Assembly (NCBI GenBank): GCA_030750765.1
Contig: JASMHM010000001.1
Span: 32,541-96,540, forward strand
From: Candidatus Woesearchaeota archaeon
GTDB lineage: Archaea > Nanobdellota > Nanobdellia > Woesearchaeales > ARS49
Reading direction: 5' to 3'
Length of the DNA stretch: 64,000 bases
A model generated the notes under the pieces. It was not told where the DNA came from. It saw only the letters and a program-made list of their open reading frames with translations, and searched no databases. The position numbers and the translations under genes were made by a program. Each line of letters begins with the position of its first letter. The stretch's first letter is position 1. Of the stretch, positions 61,783 through 64,000 are shown in pieces.

Positions 61783-62641
61783 CTTGCACCCCCTCACAAG
61801 GCTCTACGATGTTTTGGACGACAAGTCGTACGGCCTCACGTTTGAGCTTTTTTGCGTACAGACCAGCAATTTCCTCTTCCGCCAAATAGTCTTTTCCAAG
61901 AAGCCGACCACTCACTGATGCTATCTTGCAAAAGTATCGTAGCACCTCGTCGCAGCCCTGCTGAAGCTTTGCAGTGACCTTTTCTACATCCTCACCCAAG
62001 AAAATTCTTTGACCGTTGTTTGGTCCCCTAGAACGAGGGACGTAGTGCACCACCACATCCGCAGACTTGGTACCCAGAGCGTACGCCTCCAACAAGTAAC
62101 CAAAGCTCATTTGGAAACCAAGCAAGCTCATTATTCGGTCATACACTATTTCCTTGCTGGGCCCAATTTTCTGCGTGAATCCTCGGGCAGAAAGATACTT
62201 TACGCACGCAAGCTCGTGTACAGGATACTCACATGCGGAAGCTACGTTTCTTTTGCTCATCGGTATTGCAAACTCAATGGCTCCCTCAAGACCTTCTCTT
62301 CTGATTTCAGAGTTTAGCTGAGAAAACAGCTCAACATACTCATCTGTGCCCATGAATTCCGAACAGTACTCCCGCTTTACGGGCATTCCGTATACCTTTT
62401 CTAGAGCGTTTAGCGTAGCTACTAACTGACCTCTTTCACGGTGCACAACGCTTTCGTCTACTCCGTTTATCCCCAGAAACTCGTCCACTATCAGCAGAGT
62501 GAAGTCCGGGAGCAAGGCAGTTAGTTGATAGATAGGTACAATATCTATAGGTACCCCTCCAGCCCCAAAGCCTATCCCTAAGAAAGATTTCTTGTTACTG
62601 TCCTCTAGATGGGGGACGAGCAAGCCACCGACCGTAAGCAC
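61769..62641 (-). CDS. Class Ic aminoacyl-tRNA-synthetase-like (TrpRS/TyrRS-fold) paralog with degenerate HIGH and KMSKS motifs
   Basis: 290 aa, collinear with TrpRS. The matches are FLGIGFGAGGVPIDI (vs FSGIQPSGVITIGN), LLIVDEF (vs CIVDQHA), CSEF (vs QSEV), EYPVHELACVKYL (vs TYPPLMAADILL), KIGPSKEIVYDRI (vs VPVGEDQKQHIELTRDL) and PRSRGPNNGQRIFLGEDVEKVTAKL (vs [26 protein letters not shown]). The ORF itself is solid; the function is an inference. Confidence 0.45.
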   Translation of the reverse strand: MLTVGGLLVPHLEDSNKKSFLGIGFGAGGVPIDIVPIYQLTALLPDFTLLIVDEFLGINGVDESVVHRERGQLVATLNALEKVYGMPVKREYCSEFMGTDEYVELFSQLNSEIRREGLEGAIEFAIPMSKRNVASACEYPVHELACVKYLSARGFTQKIGPSKEIVYDRIMSLLGFQMSFGYLLEAYALGTKSADVVVHYVPRSRGPNNGQRIFLGEDVEKVTAKLQQGCDEVLRYFCKIASVSGRLLGKDYLAEEEIAGLYAKKLKREAVRLVVQNIVEPCEGVQDENC

Positions 62642-62880
62642 TCATTGATTGGCTATCCGTTCCGTTATGTGCTATGTTTTTCATTTTCGTTTTCTCCTGT
62701 CACGATGTGACTATAAACTAATTTTGAATATTCTATAATCTATAAGAAAGAGCCATTACCACCAAGAGTGGTTGGTTGTCATAGGAACTAGTAAGCAGTA
62801 GCACTTAATAAATGTTTCCCATGGTTGGAGTACAACGTGGACGAATCTTGACAATCGTGGCCACTAACCTATACAAAAAA

Positions 62881-62889
62881 CTTTAAGTA
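62881..62889 (+). promoter_or_regulatory. TATA box
   Basis: aaaaactttaagtac, 27 nt upstream of position 62912. Confidence 0.45.
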
Positions 62890-62911
62890 CCTCTAAGGTA
62901 TACTCCTGTTC

Positions 62912-63157
62912 ATGTCAGACATTTGGAACGTACGATTGCAAAGATGGGAGTCCCCCGTAACTGCCAATCCCAACGATCATACTGCCGGCGACCAAAGCGT
63001 AATCCAATACGCACGCGGAGGCCTCGACGCTATGAACGGCCGGTGTAACCAACAAGCCCACGACTTCTCTCCCGGGTACAGAAATGGCCACGCCATAGCG
63101 AAAGCGAAGCATAGGCAAGAATCCATGGATAAACCAAGGTTTGACCCTTATAAGTGA
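62912..63157 (+). CDS. 81-aa ORF of atypical composition; alternatively a GC-rich non-coding RNA
   Basis: The ORF has a correctly spaced promoter. However, the product lacks a hydrophobic core, both strands are open, and the segment is visibly more GC-rich than the flanking spacers. Confidence 0.3.
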   Translation: MSDIWNVRLQRWESPVTANPNDHTAGDQSVIQYARGGLDAMNGRCNQQAHDFSPGYRNGHAIAKAKHRQESMDKPRFDPYK

Positions 63158-63206
63158 TCCAAATCCCCCCTTAAAGTGTAACTCTAAAGTGATGATAAAA
63201 GCGAAG

Positions 63207-63216
63207 GTTTATAAAG
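63207..63216 (+). promoter_or_regulatory. TATA box
   Basis: gaaggtttataaagg, about 26 nt upstream of ATG 63237. Confidence 0.5.
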
Positions 63217-63236
63217 GATGCTTGCGTGCATAGAGT

Positions 63237-63800
63237 ATGGCATTTCCACTAAAGAGAGCATTAGCTGCTTTAGCTACAGTCGTTATTGGCGGTAGCATAT
63301 CAAACGAATATCGTCAAGACAACGCATTAAAAAACAAAGTTGATCCAGCTGAACTGAATCAACTACTCCAAGAAGCACCATCAGCAGATATGCGTGCTAA
63401 CTACCACTTCACCACCAACACTCGGATGAAGGGAACAGATACAGAAAAAGATTACGGAACCATCCACGTGCGTGCATACGATCACACACAGGACGGATGG
63501 CAAGGCGGACCTCTCCAATTCCAAGACGGTAGCGATTTCGTAGGCAAGGATAGAGACGGTATTGACCGCGTATTCGCATTTGTCACTGCACCTGATGGCA
63601 GAACCGTTAAAGTAGCAGACTTTGCTCAACCTTGGGTTGCTAAGTCTGGTCCTACCTGGTATCCAAACATGTCAGGCGTTGGGAAACCAACCGCTTCTGC
63701 TAAACCCATGTCAGAATTACCTGGCCAAGCAGCCAAAGCATGGAACGCATCATTCGAAAAGAACGTTCGTTCTGACTGGAATGCTTACGTAGGCAAGTAA
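63237..63800 (+). CDS. Exported hypothetical protein
   Basis: 187 aa with an N-terminal hydrophobic segment ALAALATVVIGG. Confidence 0.6.
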   Translation: MAFPLKRALAALATVVIGGSISNEYRQDNALKNKVDPAELNQLLQEAPSADMRANYHFTTNTRMKGTDTEKDYGTIHVRAYDHTQDGWQGGPLQFQDGSDFVGKDRDGIDRVFAFVTAPDGRTVKVADFAQPWVAKSGPTWYPNMSGVGKPTASAKPMSELPGQAAKAWNASFEKNVRSDWNAYVGK

Positions 63801-63828
63801 TTTTTCAGCGTAGTCCTGAGAACCTGGC

Positions 63829-64000
63829 TTATTCTATCAAGCTAGGATCGATGAAGGTTATCGCGTCTCTAACAGCGTACTTGAACGTTTTTCTTTCTAC
63901 TTGTTGAGGCTCTGCGCCATCTCTTGAAGTACGCAAAGGCGTGTACTCATAGTCTAGGTACACGGTAAACTTGTGGGATTCTTCTGGTTGGTTCAAGTCC
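63829..64000 (-). CDS. Hypothetical protein, C-terminal 56 codons only (5-prime end outside the window)
   Basis: The minus-strand frame is open from the window edge to TAA at 63831..63829 (...FKYAVRDAITFIDPSLIE*). It is not in the ORF track. Confidence 0.4.
   Translation of the reverse strand, partial: DLNQPEESHKFTVYLDYEYTPLRTSRDGAEPQQVERKTFKYAVRDAITFIDPSLIE

Noticed and set aside
61769-62641. Cyclodipeptide synthase assignment for the TrpRS-like 290-aa protein
   Set aside because: The size and class Ic-like fold fit. However, the position of the catalytic Ser motif (L-G-x-S-x-x-N) reads LGIGFGAG with no Ser, so I kept only the generic aaRS-like call.
62912-63157. Specific assignment of the GC-rich island as RNase P RNA or SRP RNA
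   Set aside because: I could not build the P4 helix: no complement to AGUCCCC follows the ACAGAAA-like element. For SRP, there is no helix-8 GGAA/AGCA symmetric loop. Only the general question of ncRNA versus small protein is kept as a finding.
1-64000. CRISPR arrays, rRNA genes, transposases/IS elements
   Set aside because: I saw no non-coding direct-repeat/spacer array, no rRNA-like segment and no transposase- or integrase-like ORF. The only tandem repeats are in-frame coding repeats of the giant gene.

Overview
This is an archaeal chromosomal window. The markers are transcription factor B, archaeal-type AspRS, archaeal triosephosphate isomerase, ribosomal protein S3Ae, AMP phosphorylase and an archaeal MiaB-like methylthiotransferase. 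TATA boxes sit about 26 nt upstream of most start codons, which implies leaderless mRNAs. The many orphan exported proteins, decayed metabolic genes and one giant surface protein suggest a small-genome, possibly host-associated (DPANN-like) archaeon; that is inference only. I found 3 tRNAs (Leu-UAA, Thr-GGU, Val-GAC), about 60 CDS, no rRNA and no CRISPR array. The dominant feature is a 19,941-nt gene (33151..53091, 31 percent of the window) encoding a 6,646-aa surface protein. It has a pilin-like N-terminal signal, 5 LamG-like modules, about 34 sequon-dense Ig-like repeats, one C-terminal TM helix and a 640-aa coiled-coil cytoplasmic tail. Two type IV pilin-like genes lie upstream of it, and a very divergent family-B polymerase-like gene lies downstream. 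Other points worth a second look:
- The tRNA-Leu 3-prime end is repeated twice downstream, bracketing aspS plus a RelE-type TA pair.
- A four-gene exported-protein operon has a first gene that is missing from the ORF track.
- nadA and pyruvate-kinase remnants sit head to head.
- tRNA-Thr has non-canonical D and T loops.
- A palindromic operator is shared by an HTH_10 regulator and a solute symporter.
- Single symmetric TATA boxes are shared by divergent leaderless genes.
- An Hjc-like nuclease carries a long C-terminal extension.
- One cluster combines a degenerate TrpRS-like paralog, an Asp/Glu racemase and a DUF2156-like transferase.
All functional calls come from motif reading by eye; no database search was run.
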